Part shown: positions 54,622-64,000 of the stretch, one piece after another
Numbering within the stretch: the first letter of the stretch is position 1
Layout: each line of letters opens with the position of its first letter
Source: an uncultured bacterium
GTDB lineage: Bacteria > Actinomycetota > Acidimicrobiia > Spongiisociales > UBA5794
Length of the DNA: 64,000 bases
NCBI GenBank assembly: GCA_963801165.1
Contig: CAWDDT010000004.1
Span: 64,001 to 128,000 of the forward strand
Direction: 5' to 3'
The notes under the pieces: model-generated
Told to the model about the DNA's origin: nothing
Seen by the model: only the letters and a program-made list of their open reading frames with translations
Database searches by the model: none
Program-made: the position numbers and the translations under genes

Positions 54622-56846
54622 CCACCGCTGCTCCCATCACCAGAACACGGATTCGCGGCGGAGTCGGGGAGTCGCCGCAGCGGGTCGACGGCATCCCCAA
54701 AGTCATGGGCAACTTCACCTATGCGTCCGATCTGCACGCCGACGGGATGCTGTGGGCGGCCACGCTGCGCAGCCCGCACCCCCACGCCCGGATCACCAAC
54801 CTCGACACCTCGCCCGCGCTCGCCGTCGGTGGGGTGGTGGCGGTGCTCACCGCCGAAGACGTCCCGGGGCGCATCGGATTCGGGATGCACGCTCCGGACC
54901 AGCCGGTATTTGCGCGAGGCGAGACCAACTACTACGGCGAGCCCGTCGCCGTGGTGGTCGCGAGCGATCTGCCGACCGCCAAGCTCGGAGTGGCCGCCAT
55001 CGACGTCGCATACGACATCCTCGAGCCGATCAGCGACATGGAAGAGGCTGATGCGGCGGGCTCGGTGTTTCGGCGGATGACGGTATATCGCGGGGACCGT
55101 GACGTCTCCGGCGATGTTGTTGTCGCGGGCTACTACGAGGTAGGGCAGCAGGACCAGGCCCCGCTCGGGAATGAGGCAGGCGTCGCCATCCCCGACGGCG
55201 AAGGGGGTGTCGATCTGTATGCCGTCTCGCAGTGGGTGCACAGCGATCACATGCAGATCTATCCCTGTCTCGACCTGGCGCCGGAGCAGGTCCGGTGCCA
55301 TCCCGTCGGTATGGGCGGTGCCTTCGGTGCCCGTGAGGACGTCAGCATGCACATCCATCTCTGTATGGCGGCCCTGCGCACCGGCCGGCCTGTCAAGATG
55401 ATTTACGACCGCGCAGAGTCTTTCGTCGGCCACGTGCATCGCCACCCGGCGCGGCTGTGGTACCGCCACGAGGCCGACCGCTCCGGCAAGCTCGTGAAGG
55501 TGGAGGGGCGGATCATCCTCGACGGGGGAGCGTACGAGTCGTCGTCGATGGCCGTCATCGCCAACGCCGCCTATTTCGCGGTCGGGCCCTACAACTGCGA
55601 CAACGTGTTTGTCGATGCGGTGGCGGTCAGGACCAACAACCCACCGGCGGGAGCGATGCGCGGGTTCGGCGGGGTGCAGACCGCATACGGTCACGAGGCG
55701 CAGATGGATCTGCTCGCCGCCGAGCTGGGCATCGACCCGCTCGAGGTGCGGCGTATCAACGCGCTCGGTCAAGGAGACCGGATGTGCACTTCGGGCCAGC
55801 TCATCGAGGGGTCGCTGCCCACGGCCGAGCTGATCGACGAGCTGGCGCAGATGCCGATAGTCGATCCGAGCGACAGTGACGACCCCCGGCATCTGCCCGG
55901 CGGGACCGGGCTCACCACCAGCCCCGAGCACGTTCGCCGCGGGGTCGGCTACGGGGTGACCCTCAAGAACCTTGCCTTCTCCGAAGGCTTCGACGACTAC
56001 TCCGACGTTCGGATCGTGCTCAGCCCGCTCGGGGTCGAGGTGCACACCGCGGCTGCCGAAGTGGGGCAGGGTCTGGTGACGGTTCTCCAGCAGCTCACCA
56101 GAGAAGTGCTCCAGATCGAACAGGTCGCCGTGGTGTGGGACGACACCGGGCAGATCGGATCGGCCGGGTCGACATCGGCGTCCCGGCAGACGCAGATGAC
56201 CGGGGGTGCCACTTACCAGTGTGCCGTCGAGCTGCGAGACGAGATCCTCACGGAGTTCCTGGGCGACGACCTCAGCGAAGACGGAGTGTGGCGCGACGGT
56301 CAGCTGATTGTCACCCTCGACGAGGTGTGTGCCCTGCGACCGCGGGAGCACTCCATCCGGTATCGCCACCCGGAGACATACGCGACCGACGAGAACGGGC
56401 AGGGAAACCCGCACCCGGCGTTTGCCGTGGCCGCGCATCGTGCGGTCGTTGATGTTGATCCCGAGCTCGGGCTGGTCCGGGTAGTACAGATCGATGCGGT
56501 CCACGACGTCGGCAAGTTGCTCAACCCGGTCGCCGCCATCGGCCAGATCGAAGGTGGCACGGCACAGGGTGTTGGTCTGGCGACCCTCGAGGAGCTGGTC
56601 GTCGACAAGGGCGTCATCAAGAACGGCAACTTCACCGATTACCTGTTGCCGACCTTTCTCGACACCCCGCACGTCGAGGTCCGCTGGGTGGAGGAGCCGG
56701 AGCGGTGGGGTCCACTCGGGGCCAAGGGCATCGGCGAACCACCGACGATCTCCTCGGGTCCGGCGGTGGCGGCGGCGATCCGGGACGCCATCGGCAGGCA
56801 CCTCTACCGGGTACCGATTCTCCCGCAAGACATCGTGGGGTTGTGA
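54618..56846 (+). CDS. Xanthine dehydrogenase family molybdopterin-binding subunit (PucD-like)
   Basis: GGAFGARE, AMRGFG, EVGQG, SASRQ, GQIEGG, AKGIGEP; ATG 54618 with GAGGAG RBS. Confidence 0.93.
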   Translation: MTTAAPITRTRIRGGVGESPQRVDGIPKVMGNFTYASDLHADGMLWAATLRSPHPHARITNLDTSPALAVGGVVAVLTAEDVPGRIGFGMHAPDQPVFARGETNYYGEPVAVVVASDLPTAKLGVAAIDVAYDILEPISDMEEADAAGSVFRRMTVYRGDRDVSGDVVVAGYYEVGQQDQAPLGNEAGVAIPDGEGGVDLYAVSQWVHSDHMQIYPCLDLAPEQVRCHPVGMGGAFGAREDVSMHIHLCMAALRTGRPVKMIYDRAESFVGHVHRHPARLWYRHEADRSGKLVKVEGRIILDGGAYESSSMAVIANAAYFAVGPYNCDNVFVDAVAVRTNNPPAGAMRGFGGVQTAYGHEAQMDLLAAELGIDPLEVRRINALGQGDRMCTSGQLIEGSLPTAELIDELAQMPIVDPSDSDDPRHLPGGTGLTTSPEHVRRGVGYGVTLKNLAFSEGFDDYSDVRIVLSPLGVEVHTAAAEVGQGLVTVLQQLTREVLQIEQVAVVWDDTGQIGSAGSTSASRQTQMTGGATYQCAVELRDEILTEFLGDDLSEDGVWRDGQLIVTLDEVCALRPREHSIRYRHPETYATDENGQGNPHPAFAVAAHRAVVDVDPELGLVRVVQIDAVHDVGKLLNPVAAIGQIEGGTAQGVGLATLEELVVDKGVIKNGNFTDYLLPTFLDTPHVEVRWVEEPERWGPLGAKGIGEPPTISSGPAVAAAIRDAIGRHLYRVPILPQDIVGL

Positions 56847-56992
56847 GAGCGTCGACCAGCGCATTCGGGTGTGAAAGTCTTGGTCCCATTCGGCTCCGCG
56901 GGGCGTAGTGTTTTTCTCTTGGGGGGAAGGAAGACGGTCCCGTTGCGATGTACACCACGTCGCAATCTCGCTTTTCGAGAGATGGAGGCAAT

Positions 56993-57997
56993 ATGGCCAC
57001 CAAGAGCTCAAGCGGAAGCAGACGCACCGCAAGGACGCCATCGTTTGAGACGATCGTTCCCGAGTCCCTGACTCGCAAGGGTTTCAAGATCCGCGGTCTC
57101 GGTTCACTACCCGAGAAGTTCGACCCCCTGGAGGCGACCGCCCGGCAGATTGCGGCATACCGGCTACCGCGCCGGCCGGATGTCGAAAAGGAGCCGGAGC
57201 TGCGCGCCTTGTGGGACCGGACAATGTCCCGCACGCAACTGTGGATAACCCCCGAGTTCGAGCACCACGATCAAATTACGCATGGTCGGGCACGCACCGC
57301 TGCGGGTCGTGCCGTCAGTGCTCGGCTGTCGTCGGGAGGGGTCGCCAACGCAACGTCGAGCAACTGGTCGGGTGCCGCACACTTCTCGCCTGCCGGCAAG
57401 CCATACGGCTTCGTGGGCGGGCAGTGGACGGTACCCAGCCCGAACTCCACGCCCGACGGTGCCTACTACGCCTCGGAGTGGGTCGGCATCGATGGGTGGG
57501 GTTCGAGTGACGTCCTTCAGGCAGGCACCGAGACCCAGATAACGAAGGTCTGGTTCATCACGGCGAAGCAGGTGTATGCGTGGTGGGAGTGGTTCCCGTC
57601 GGGGGAGGTCAAGATCAGCAACCTCCCGGTTTCGGCTGGTGACATCATGTACTGCCTCATCTGCGCCGACTCGGATACCCACGCGACCTTCTATTACAGC
57701 AATCAGTCCCAGGGGGTGGGCACCCGCTTCGACGTCACTGCGCCGGGCTCGACCAAGCTGATGGGGAACGTCGCCGAGTGGATCGTCGAGCGCCCCACCG
57801 TCGGTGGTTCGGTCGCAAACCTCACCGATTACGGTGCGTGCTACTTCGACGAGTGCATCGCCGGAGGGTCGGGGAGCGTCGACAACCTCGGTGGCAGCTC
57901 GCTGATCACGATGACCGGTACCGGGGGTGCGTCGCTGTCCGAGCCGGTGCAGGAGAACGATCGCGTCCTCAAGGTCAACTGGCGCAAGTCGAGCTGA
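56993..57997 (+). CDS. Glutamic peptidase family G1 (eqolisin, Peptidase_A4) precursor
   Basis: SSNWSG, WVGIDG, LQAG (catalytic Gln), AWWEWFP, AEWIVERP (catalytic Glu); ATG 56993 with GGAGG RBS. Confidence 0.9.
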   Translation: MATKSSSGSRRTARTPSFETIVPESLTRKGFKIRGLGSLPEKFDPLEATARQIAAYRLPRRPDVEKEPELRALWDRTMSRTQLWITPEFEHHDQITHGRARTAAGRAVSARLSSGGVANATSSNWSGAAHFSPAGKPYGFVGGQWTVPSPNSTPDGAYYASEWVGIDGWGSSDVLQAGTETQITKVWFITAKQVYAWWEWFPSGEVKISNLPVSAGDIMYCLICADSDTHATFYYSNQSQGVGTRFDVTAPGSTKLMGNVAEWIVERPTVGGSVANLTDYGACYFDECIAGGSGSVDNLGGSSLITMTGTGGASLSEPVQENDRVLKVNWRKSS

Positions 57998-58018
57998 ATC
58001 GAGGCGGGCAGAAATGGA

Positions 58019-58050
58019 GAGAGGACGGGCTTGGCCCGTCCTCTCGTTTC
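58019..58050 (+). terminator. Terminator hairpin after the peptidase
   Basis: 12-bp stem GAGAGGACGGGC/GCCCGTCCTCTC with a short T-tail. Confidence 0.75.
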
Positions 58051-58258
58051 CCTGTGGGAATGCAGTGGTTTCCCGAGATCTTGCCTAAGCGACTCGGCGG
58101 TGCCAACGGCCAGGTGTCACATCCACCAGGGCCGATATGCCTGGCGGTGCATCCGCCAGGATCCGGGTGAGTGATCGGTTGCGGTCAATCGCCATGTTGT
58201 CCTGGTCATCTCGGGCTCTTTCTCGTCTACCGATATCGTCGGCATTCGCGGCGAGCGC

Positions 58259-58819
58259 TTAACCCGCAATGCAGGAGGTGGCCACGGCGAGGCGGGCGCG
58301 GCCGGCGAAGTCCATGGTGGGCTCGAGCATCCAAAGGAACGCGAGCCCGCTGAGTGTGGCGAGGACGATCTCCGCGTGCGCCCTGGCCTCGTCGTTTGGA
58401 AGCTCGGGATGCTCGCGGGCGATGGCATCCGAGAACCGGGCCACCCGGCGCTCGTGGTGACGGCGCACACTCGCTTCGAGCCCCCCGTTGGTTGCCCCGG
58501 AGATGGCGATCTTTAGATAGACCCTGGCGACGTCCGGCTGGACGAGGATGAAGGCGATGTATGCCTCCACCAACTCACCGAGAGAATCGGGCACGTCTTT
58601 GGCGGGATGGGGGTCGACCGCCCGGATGGCGTCCTTGACCACCCGCAGCACGGCATCGTCCTTGGAGTCGAACAGGTTGTAGAAGCTACCGGAGCGCACC
58701 TCGGCGCGGTCGCAGATCGCCTTGAGGGTGGTGCCTTCCAGACCCACCTCCCCGAGCAACTCGCGGGTGGCCTCGATGATTCGTCTTTCGGTGCGGATGC
58801 CCGCCTGGTAGCGCGCCAC
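58259..58819 (-). CDS. TetR family regulator, divergent from the acyl-CoA dehydrogenase
   Basis: RIIEATRELL..TTLKAICDRAEV..SFYNLFDSKD; GTG 58819 with GAAAGGGAG RBS. Confidence 0.88.
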   Translation of the reverse strand: MARYQAGIRTERRIIEATRELLGEVGLEGTTLKAICDRAEVRSGSFYNLFDSKDDAVLRVVKDAIRAVDPHPAKDVPDSLGELVEAYIAFILVQPDVARVYLKIAISGATNGGLEASVRRHHERRVARFSDAIAREHPELPNDEARAHAEIVLATLSGLAFLWMLEPTMDFAGRARLAVATSCIAG

Positions 58820-58861
58820 ATCTCCCTTTCCATAGCCGACACTAGCCGATCCAAACAAACT

Positions 58862-58897
58862 TAGAGCGTTCACTCAAAATAGAGTGTATAGTCAAAA
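58862..58897. promoter_or_regulatory. Candidate TetR operator pair
   Basis: 18-bp imperfect direct repeat TAGAGCGTTCACTCAAAA / TAGAGTGTATAGTCAAAA. Confidence 0.5.
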
Positions 58898-58930
58898 TCC
58901 GGGTAGATAAGGCCAGACACGAGGTGATCC

Positions 58931-60736
58931 ATGAGTCACTACAAGACCAACCTGAGGGACGTCTTCTTCAATCTCTTCGAGGTTTACAACACCCAGGAAT
59001 ACATGGGTGAGAAGCCTTTCGAGGACATGGACCAGGAGACCGCCGAGCACATGCTCAGCGAGATAGAGCGCTTTGCGGTCGATGAGTTTGCCGCCAGCTT
59101 TGTGGATGCAGACCGCAATCCACCCAAGCTCGAGAACGGCGAGATCAAGCTTCCACAGAGTCTCAAGGACGTGATGCGGGCATACAAAGAAGCGGGCTGG
59201 GACAACCTGTTCCGCCCACCGGAGCTCGGTGGGGTGGCAGCGCCGATGTCGCTGCGGTGGGCGGCTCAGGAGTTGCTGATCGGCGCCAATCCGACGGCTT
59301 TCCTGTTCAACGGAACCCTCATGCCCGTTGTCCTCAATGCGATCGGTACCCCCGAGCAGATCGAGCGGTTTGTCAAGCCGGCGCTCGAGCACAACTGGGG
59401 CGGCACGATGGTGCTGACCGAGCCCGACGCCGGGTCGGATGTCGGCGCCGGGGTGACCAGGGCCACGCCCGTCGACGAGGAGAACGGGGTCTATCACCTC
59501 GAAGGCGTCAAGCGGTTCATCACCTCGGGCGAGCATGACGGCGCCGAGAACATCATCCATCTCGTCCTGGCACGGCCGCTCGGCGCCGGGCCGGGCACCA
59601 AGGGCTTGTCGCTGTTCGTCGTTCCGAAGTACATGGTGAACGATGACGGATCGCTCGGTGAGCGCAACGGTGTGTTTGCCACCAACCTCGAGAAGAAGAT
59701 GGGCATCAAGGCCTCCACGACCTGCGAGCTCAGCTTTGGTGTCGACAAACCCTGTGTCGGCTACCTGGTGGGCAACGTGCACGACGGTATCCGTCAGATG
59801 TTCATGGTGATCGAGCGGGCCAGGATGCTGATCGGCACCAAGTCGACGGCGACGCTGTCGACGGCCTATCTCAACTCGCTCGAATACGCCAAGGAACGAG
59901 TGCAGGGACCCGACATCACCCAGATCGGCGACAAGAACGCACCAAAGGTCGAGATCATCCGCCATCCCGACGTGCGCAGGATGCTGATGCTGCAGAAGTC
60001 CCACTCCGAGGGTCTGCGCGCTCTGCTCTACTACACCGGCTGGGTTCAGGACCAGCAGATGCGTCATCCCGACGACGAAGCATGGGCGAAGCTCGGCGAC
60101 TTCCTGCTGCCACTGGTCAAGGGTTACTCGTCGGAGAAGGCCTACGAATTGCTGGCGACGTCGCTGCAGATCTTCGGCGGTTCCGGGTTCACCCAGGACT
60201 ACCCGATCGAGCAGTACATCCGCGACACCAAGATCGACACTCTGTACGAGGGCACGACCGGCATCCAGGCGCTCGACCTGTTCTTCAGGAAGATCGTCCG
60301 TGACCAGGGTCAGACGCTGACCAGGCTGGCCGGCGAGGTGCTGGAGATGGTCAAGGGCGGTCCCGAGGAACTGGCTGGCGAGCGGGAGATGCTCGGCAAG
60401 GCTCTCGACGACACCCAGGCCCACCTCGGGGTGATGGTCGGTCATCTCATGGGTGCTCAGCAGGACCCCGCCGGGATATACAAGCTCGGTCTGCACGCCA
60501 ACGACTTGCTGGAGAGCATCGCCGAGGTGACCATCGGATGGTTGCTGCTCCGGCACGCCGAGGTGGCGCTGCGGGCCCTTCCCGAAGCGTCGGGCGGGGG
60601 CCGGGCGTTCTACGAGGGGAAGATCGCGGCGGCTCGCTTCTTTGCCCGACACGCCCTGCCCAAGACACGCGTTCGCCGGAAGGCGGCCGAGCATGAAGAC
60701 GGTGCCCTCATGGAGTTGCCGGACGAGGCGTTCTAG
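58931..60736 (+). CDS. Acyl-CoA dehydrogenase (FadE5-like)
   Basis: MSHYKTNLRD, MVLTEPDAGSDVG, KRFITSG, KMGIKAS, GGSGF, LYEGTTGIQ. Confidence 0.93.
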   Translation: MSHYKTNLRDVFFNLFEVYNTQEYMGEKPFEDMDQETAEHMLSEIERFAVDEFAASFVDADRNPPKLENGEIKLPQSLKDVMRAYKEAGWDNLFRPPELGGVAAPMSLRWAAQELLIGANPTAFLFNGTLMPVVLNAIGTPEQIERFVKPALEHNWGGTMVLTEPDAGSDVGAGVTRATPVDEENGVYHLEGVKRFITSGEHDGAENIIHLVLARPLGAGPGTKGLSLFVVPKYMVNDDGSLGERNGVFATNLEKKMGIKASTTCELSFGVDKPCVGYLVGNVHDGIRQMFMVIERARMLIGTKSTATLSTAYLNSLEYAKERVQGPDITQIGDKNAPKVEIIRHPDVRRMLMLQKSHSEGLRALLYYTGWVQDQQMRHPDDEAWAKLGDFLLPLVKGYSSEKAYELLATSLQIFGGSGFTQDYPIEQYIRDTKIDTLYEGTTGIQALDLFFRKIVRDQGQTLTRLAGEVLEMVKGGPEELAGEREMLGKALDDTQAHLGVMVGHLMGAQQDPAGIYKLGLHANDLLESIAEVTIGWLLLRHAEVALRALPEASGGGRAFYEGKIAAARFFARHALPKTRVRRKAAEHEDGALMELPDEAF

Positions 60737-61089
60737 CCCTCCAGCGCCTGTCTGGCAGCGGTGCGCAACTCGTCGGGTCGAAACGGCATTCTGACGACGC
60801 TGTCGACGCCTGCATCCAGGATCTCCTGGATCGAGCGGTCCCGGGTGTCGGTTGTGATTGCCACGATTCCTGGCGGGTTGGTGCGGCTGCGGAGACGTCT
60901 GACTATCGCCAGCCCGGTGGTGAACGGCTGGTAGACGCCGATCACGACCAGGTCGGCTTCCGGAAAGCCGCCGAGACGTTGTGCGCTATGGGGAAGCCGC
61001 TGGGCATCGAATTCGGCATTGAAATCACGGAAACAGGTCTCGATGAGACGGCGCAGCACAGCCGAATCTTCGATTATCAGCACACGCAT
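60733..61089 (-). CDS. Stand-alone atypical (pseudo-)receiver domain protein
   Basis: MRVLIIED..DLVVIGVYQP..IVAITT..VVRMPF: CheY pattern with Asp->Gly and Lys->Met. Start 61089 or 61101. Confidence 0.75.
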   Translation of the reverse strand: MRVLIIEDSAVLRRLIETCFRDFNAEFDAQRLPHSAQRLGGFPEADLVVIGVYQPFTTGLAIVRRLRSRTNPPGIVAITTDTRDRSIQEILDAGVDSVVRMPFRPDELRTAARQALEG

Positions 61090-61298
61090 CTGATAGTCCA
61101 TCCGTGGTATCTGGGTATTCGTCAATGGTATGACGGACTCAACCAAGCACATCTCTCCCTGTCGGCCATAATCGAGAATCGGTTCTTTGCCTCGAAAGCA
61201 GCCAATATGCACTTATACGCAGGTCATTTTGCCACGACCTGGCGATTCCGGTCGCACACTAGTACCCCCGGCAGGCCCGCACCTTGTAGCGTTGCTCT

Positions 61299-61796
61299 AT
61301 GGCAAATAGCAGCTACGACTTCGTGATCGGACTCCGGGCGATCCGGGAGTACACCGACAAGCCGCTTGCGGCCGAGCACCTCGCCGCCATCCTCGAGGCG
61401 GCCCGGTGGACGGGTTCTGCCAAGAACCGTCAGGACTGGTCGTTCATCGTCATCGAGGACGGCTCGCAGCTGGCGAAGGTTGCCGAGTGCGGCGATCACA
61501 CCGATCCGCTGCGGCACTCTGCGGCGACCATCGTCATCGTTGCCGAGCCGGGGGGCTACGAGTTCGACACGGGCCGGTTGGCGCAGAACATCATGCTGGC
61601 CGCCGCGGCTATCGGGGTCGCCTCGTGCCCCATCACCCTCCACCGCGGCGAGGATGCGGCACGTGTCCTCGGTGTCGGCGAGGGTCGCAAGTGCCGGTTT
61701 GCCGTTGCCCTCGGGTATCCGGCGGAGCACGCCGCTCCCGCCCGGTTTGGTGGTCGCAAGCCGCTCGATGACCTTGTCCACCGGGAACGCTACTGA
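61299..61796 (+). CDS. Nitroreductase family protein
   Basis: RAIREY, WTGSAKNRQDW, DTGRLAQNIML, LGYP, RKPL. Confidence 0.92.
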   Translation: MANSSYDFVIGLRAIREYTDKPLAAEHLAAILEAARWTGSAKNRQDWSFIVIEDGSQLAKVAECGDHTDPLRHSAATIVIVAEPGGYEFDTGRLAQNIMLAAAAIGVASCPITLHRGEDAARVLGVGEGRKCRFAVALGYPAEHAAPARFGGRKPLDDLVHRERY

Positions 61797-61983
61797 GCGT
61801 GGTCTGAAACCTGCACCTTGTGGCTGATGGTTAGTCATGCCATATCCATTTGCACACACACTGAGCAGTATCTAGCGTTATATAATAACGAACAGACCGT
61901 TGTAGCGGCTCGAATGGTGTAGACCCCCGGCTGGCGATCGCAACCAGCCGTTGGTAGCGTCTCGGGCGGGACTGGTGGGAGCG

Positions 61984-62709
61984 ATGACCGAACTAGATAG
62001 TTCTATAGACACCTCATACCCGGCCGCATCGCCGGGTCGTCGGAGTCTGCTGAGTCGGGTCAGGCTCGGCCACGTTGTAATGATCACGGCGGCGATCCTC
62101 GCGTTGGTGTTCAACCTCGCGGTGCTCCGCAGCCGGGATGCGATGATCGATGTCGCGGTCGCCAATGCCGACATCCCCGCCGGGACCACCCTGACTATGT
62201 TGCATTTCTCGACGGCTGCGGTGCCTGCAGACGATCTGCTCACCTCGCGCTTTGTCACCGCCGACCAGGTCGAGTCGATCGTCGGTGAGCTCACCACGAG
62301 GGCGATCGCAAACGGCGACCCCATCCTCAACTCGGATCTACTCGTCGTCCAGAACCGTCAGGGGTTGCGAGCGATGAGCGTGCCGCTCGACCAAACACAG
62401 GCCGTCGATGGGCGGCTGTCGGCGGGAGACTCCGTCGATGTCATCCTCGTCAAGGACGGTGTGGCCACCTACATCGCCACAGGGGTGGAAGTGCTCGACG
62501 TACCCGGCTCGGACACCAACGCCCTCGGGGCCCGCATCGGCTACGCCCCCACGCTTGCGGTGGATGCCACCCAGGCATTGCGGATCGCCTCGGCGCTCGA
62601 CATCGGCGAGGTGCACATTATCCGATCAACCGGGTCGGCGTTACCCGAGTTGGAGCAGGCGACGGCAATCGAGGAGCCGGCGGATTCAGGGGAAGGCGGG
62701 TCCGGATGA
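61984..62709 (+). CDS. Flp pilus assembly CpaB/RcpC-like protein (SAF domain)
   Basis: TM, VAVANADIPAG, RAMSVP, AGDSVDVI. Confidence 0.82.
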   Translation: MTELDSSIDTSYPAASPGRRSLLSRVRLGHVVMITAAILALVFNLAVLRSRDAMIDVAVANADIPAGTTLTMLHFSTAAVPADDLLTSRFVTADQVESIVGELTTRAIANGDPILNSDLLVVQNRQGLRAMSVPLDQTQAVDGRLSAGDSVDVILVKDGVATYIATGVEVLDVPGSDTNALGARIGYAPTLAVDATQALRIASALDIGEVHIIRSTGSALPELEQATAIEEPADSGEGGSG

Positions 62710-63935
62710 CATCGCGTTCGGCGCGACAGAGCGAGCCTGCCGTCGCCGTCGGGTCCTCGCAACGCACCTGGGTGGCCGAACTGATGAGCTATGCCCAGGA
62801 CCACGCCGGGGTGCGTGTCGTCGGGACGGTGCTCTCAGCTCGTGAGGCGGTGGAGAACGACTACGACGTGCTTCTCATCGACGACTCCACCTCGTACCTG
62901 ACCAAGCGTCTCATCGACCGGGTCCAGGCGCTGCGCCGCATCGTCATCGGCGTGTATGAGTCGACCCGGGGCGACGTCGGCAAGGACAAGCTGCTCGAGC
63001 TCGGTGCCGATGCTGTCATCGACGCCGAATCGTCGCCGAAGGAGTTTCTCGCTCGTATCCGCTACGTGACCGAGCAGCGGCTCGTCGACCGGGACTTCGT
63101 CGAGATGCTGGCGATGGAGTCGCTCGAGGAGCCGGAGCCCGACAGCCCCGTCGCCGCACCGGAGCACAGCGGTGGTTCGTCGCGGTCCCTGATCGTTGTC
63201 AGCGGAGCTGGGGGGGTTACCGAGGTCGTCGTCGGCATCGCCGCCGAGTTAACCCGACGCAAGCAGCCCGTGGTCGTCGTGGACTTCGACACCCTCGAGC
63301 CGACGATTGCCCAGCGTCTCGACGTGGCGCTTTCGCCAAACGTGCTCACCGCCATCGAGTCGCTTCGCCACGCCGGCAACATCAACGGAGCGGTGGCCAC
63401 CCACCCGGCCGGGATGAAGGTGGTCCCCGGTCTGCCGAGCCCCAGGGAGTGGGAAGCCTGTGGTGTCGACGATTCCGCCGACCTGGCCTCGTTGCTCTGC
63501 GAGCGTCACATGAACGTGGTTGTCAAGGTCAACCGGCACCTGGAGGATCTGTCACCGTTCGGTGGACGCACCGGCCGGTTCGGAGTCGCCCGCAAGTTCG
63601 TCGCCGACGCCGACCACCTCGTAGTGGTCGGCGATCCATCGCCAACCGGGGTCACGGGGGTGTTGGCCTGGATCGGTGACGCCCGAGCGTTGAGCAGCGC
63701 CCCGATACACGTCGTCCTCAACCACGCAGGCAAGAGCCTCTACCAGCAGGGCGAGGTGAAGGAGGAGATCCGTCGGACGTTCCGTTCCGCCTCCGTCGTC
63801 TTTGCCCCGGAAGATCACCGGGTGCGCAAGGCAGCCTGGCAGGGCGAGCTGCCTCCGGAGGGCAGATTCACTCGTGCTCTCGAACCGGTTGCCTCGCGGG
63901 TGGCCGCGGTGCCGGCTGCAATGGGAGGCTCGTGA
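62706..63935 (+). CDS. CpaE/TadZ-like protein (receiver-like + degenerate MinD/ParA ATPase)
   Basis: N-terminal receiver-like domain; VSGAGGVTE, VVVDFD, HVVLN; sits between cpaB and the next gene. Confidence 0.75.
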   Translation: MTSRSARQSEPAVAVGSSQRTWVAELMSYAQDHAGVRVVGTVLSAREAVENDYDVLLIDDSTSYLTKRLIDRVQALRRIVIGVYESTRGDVGKDKLLELGADAVIDAESSPKEFLARIRYVTEQRLVDRDFVEMLAMESLEEPEPDSPVAAPEHSGGSSRSLIVVSGAGGVTEVVVGIAAELTRRKQPVVVVDFDTLEPTIAQRLDVALSPNVLTAIESLRHAGNINGAVATHPAGMKVVPGLPSPREWEACGVDDSADLASLLCERHMNVVVKVNRHLEDLSPFGGRTGRFGVARKFVADADHLVVVGDPSPTGVTGVLAWIGDARALSSAPIHVVLNHAGKSLYQQGEVKEEIRRTFRSASVVFAPEDHRVRKAAWQGELPPEGRFTRALEPVASRVAAVPAAMGGS

Positions 63936-64000
63936 TGACGGGTCGGTTCAGCGCCTACGAGAAGCTGCGAGCCCGTGCCGCCGAACGGATCGAAGACCGC
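63935..64000 (+). CDS. Start of the next operon gene, probably CpaF/TadA ATPase (partial)
   Basis: GGAGG RBS and ATG overlapping the previous stop; MTGRFSAYEKLRARAAERIEDR. Identity is inferred from gene order only. Confidence 0.45.
   Translation, partial: MTGRFSAYEKLRARAAERIEDR

Noticed and set aside
54408-57041. 877-aa minus-strand ORF and similar long antisense ORFs (e.g. 58892-60694, 33256-34650, 23843-25000)
   Set aside because: These are shadow frames opposite well-supported genes, expected in high-GC DNA; they carry no recognisable motifs.
1-64000. tRNA, rRNA, riboswitch, integrase, transposase or prophage genes
   Set aside because: None recognised by eye. A covariance-model scan of the larger intergenic regions (3102-3379, 12531-12982, 43977-44189, 58050-58258) would be needed to exclude structured RNAs.

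Overview
This is a GC-rich chromosomal segment, most likely actinobacterial and Acidimicrobiia-like (inferred from gene content, an actinobacterial LexA box and SigF-type promoters). It holds about 60 genes, and I saw no rRNA, tRNA, CRISPR array or transposase. Left to right, the blocks are: (1) gdhA followed by two tandem 124-aa receiver-like paralogs and a CoA-transferase; (2) a TetR/ABC exporter; (3) a SigB/SigF-type stress island at about 9.0-16.5 kb with four GGTTT-N16-GGG(T/C)A promoters, a partner-switching set (PP2C, STAS, RsbW), a sigma factor fused to a degenerate anti-sigma domain, and a PRC-barrel/Dps fusion; (4) xylulokinase, an OmpR two-component system, ABC transporters, gene remnants and a VapBC-type toxin-antitoxin pair; (5) a GntR-flanked catabolic cluster with two non-canonical carbamoyltransferases (one YgeW-like, one ATCase-like with altered substrate motifs), carbamate kinase and two fold-type II PLP enzymes; (6) a LexA-boxed DUF222-HNH gene, a PadR pair, an ECF sigma module, and a frameshifted SLH-TolB gene with an internally deleted paralog; (7) 8-oxoguanine deaminase plus xanthine dehydrogenase genes, a G1 glutamic peptidase, an acyl-CoA dehydrogenase and the start of a Tad/Flp pilus locus. 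The best candidates for undescribed systems are the two-transcarbamylase catabolic pathway, the anti-sigma/sigma fusion with its local regulon, and the GDH-linked pseudo-receiver pair. All calls come from recognising motifs by eye; no searches were run.
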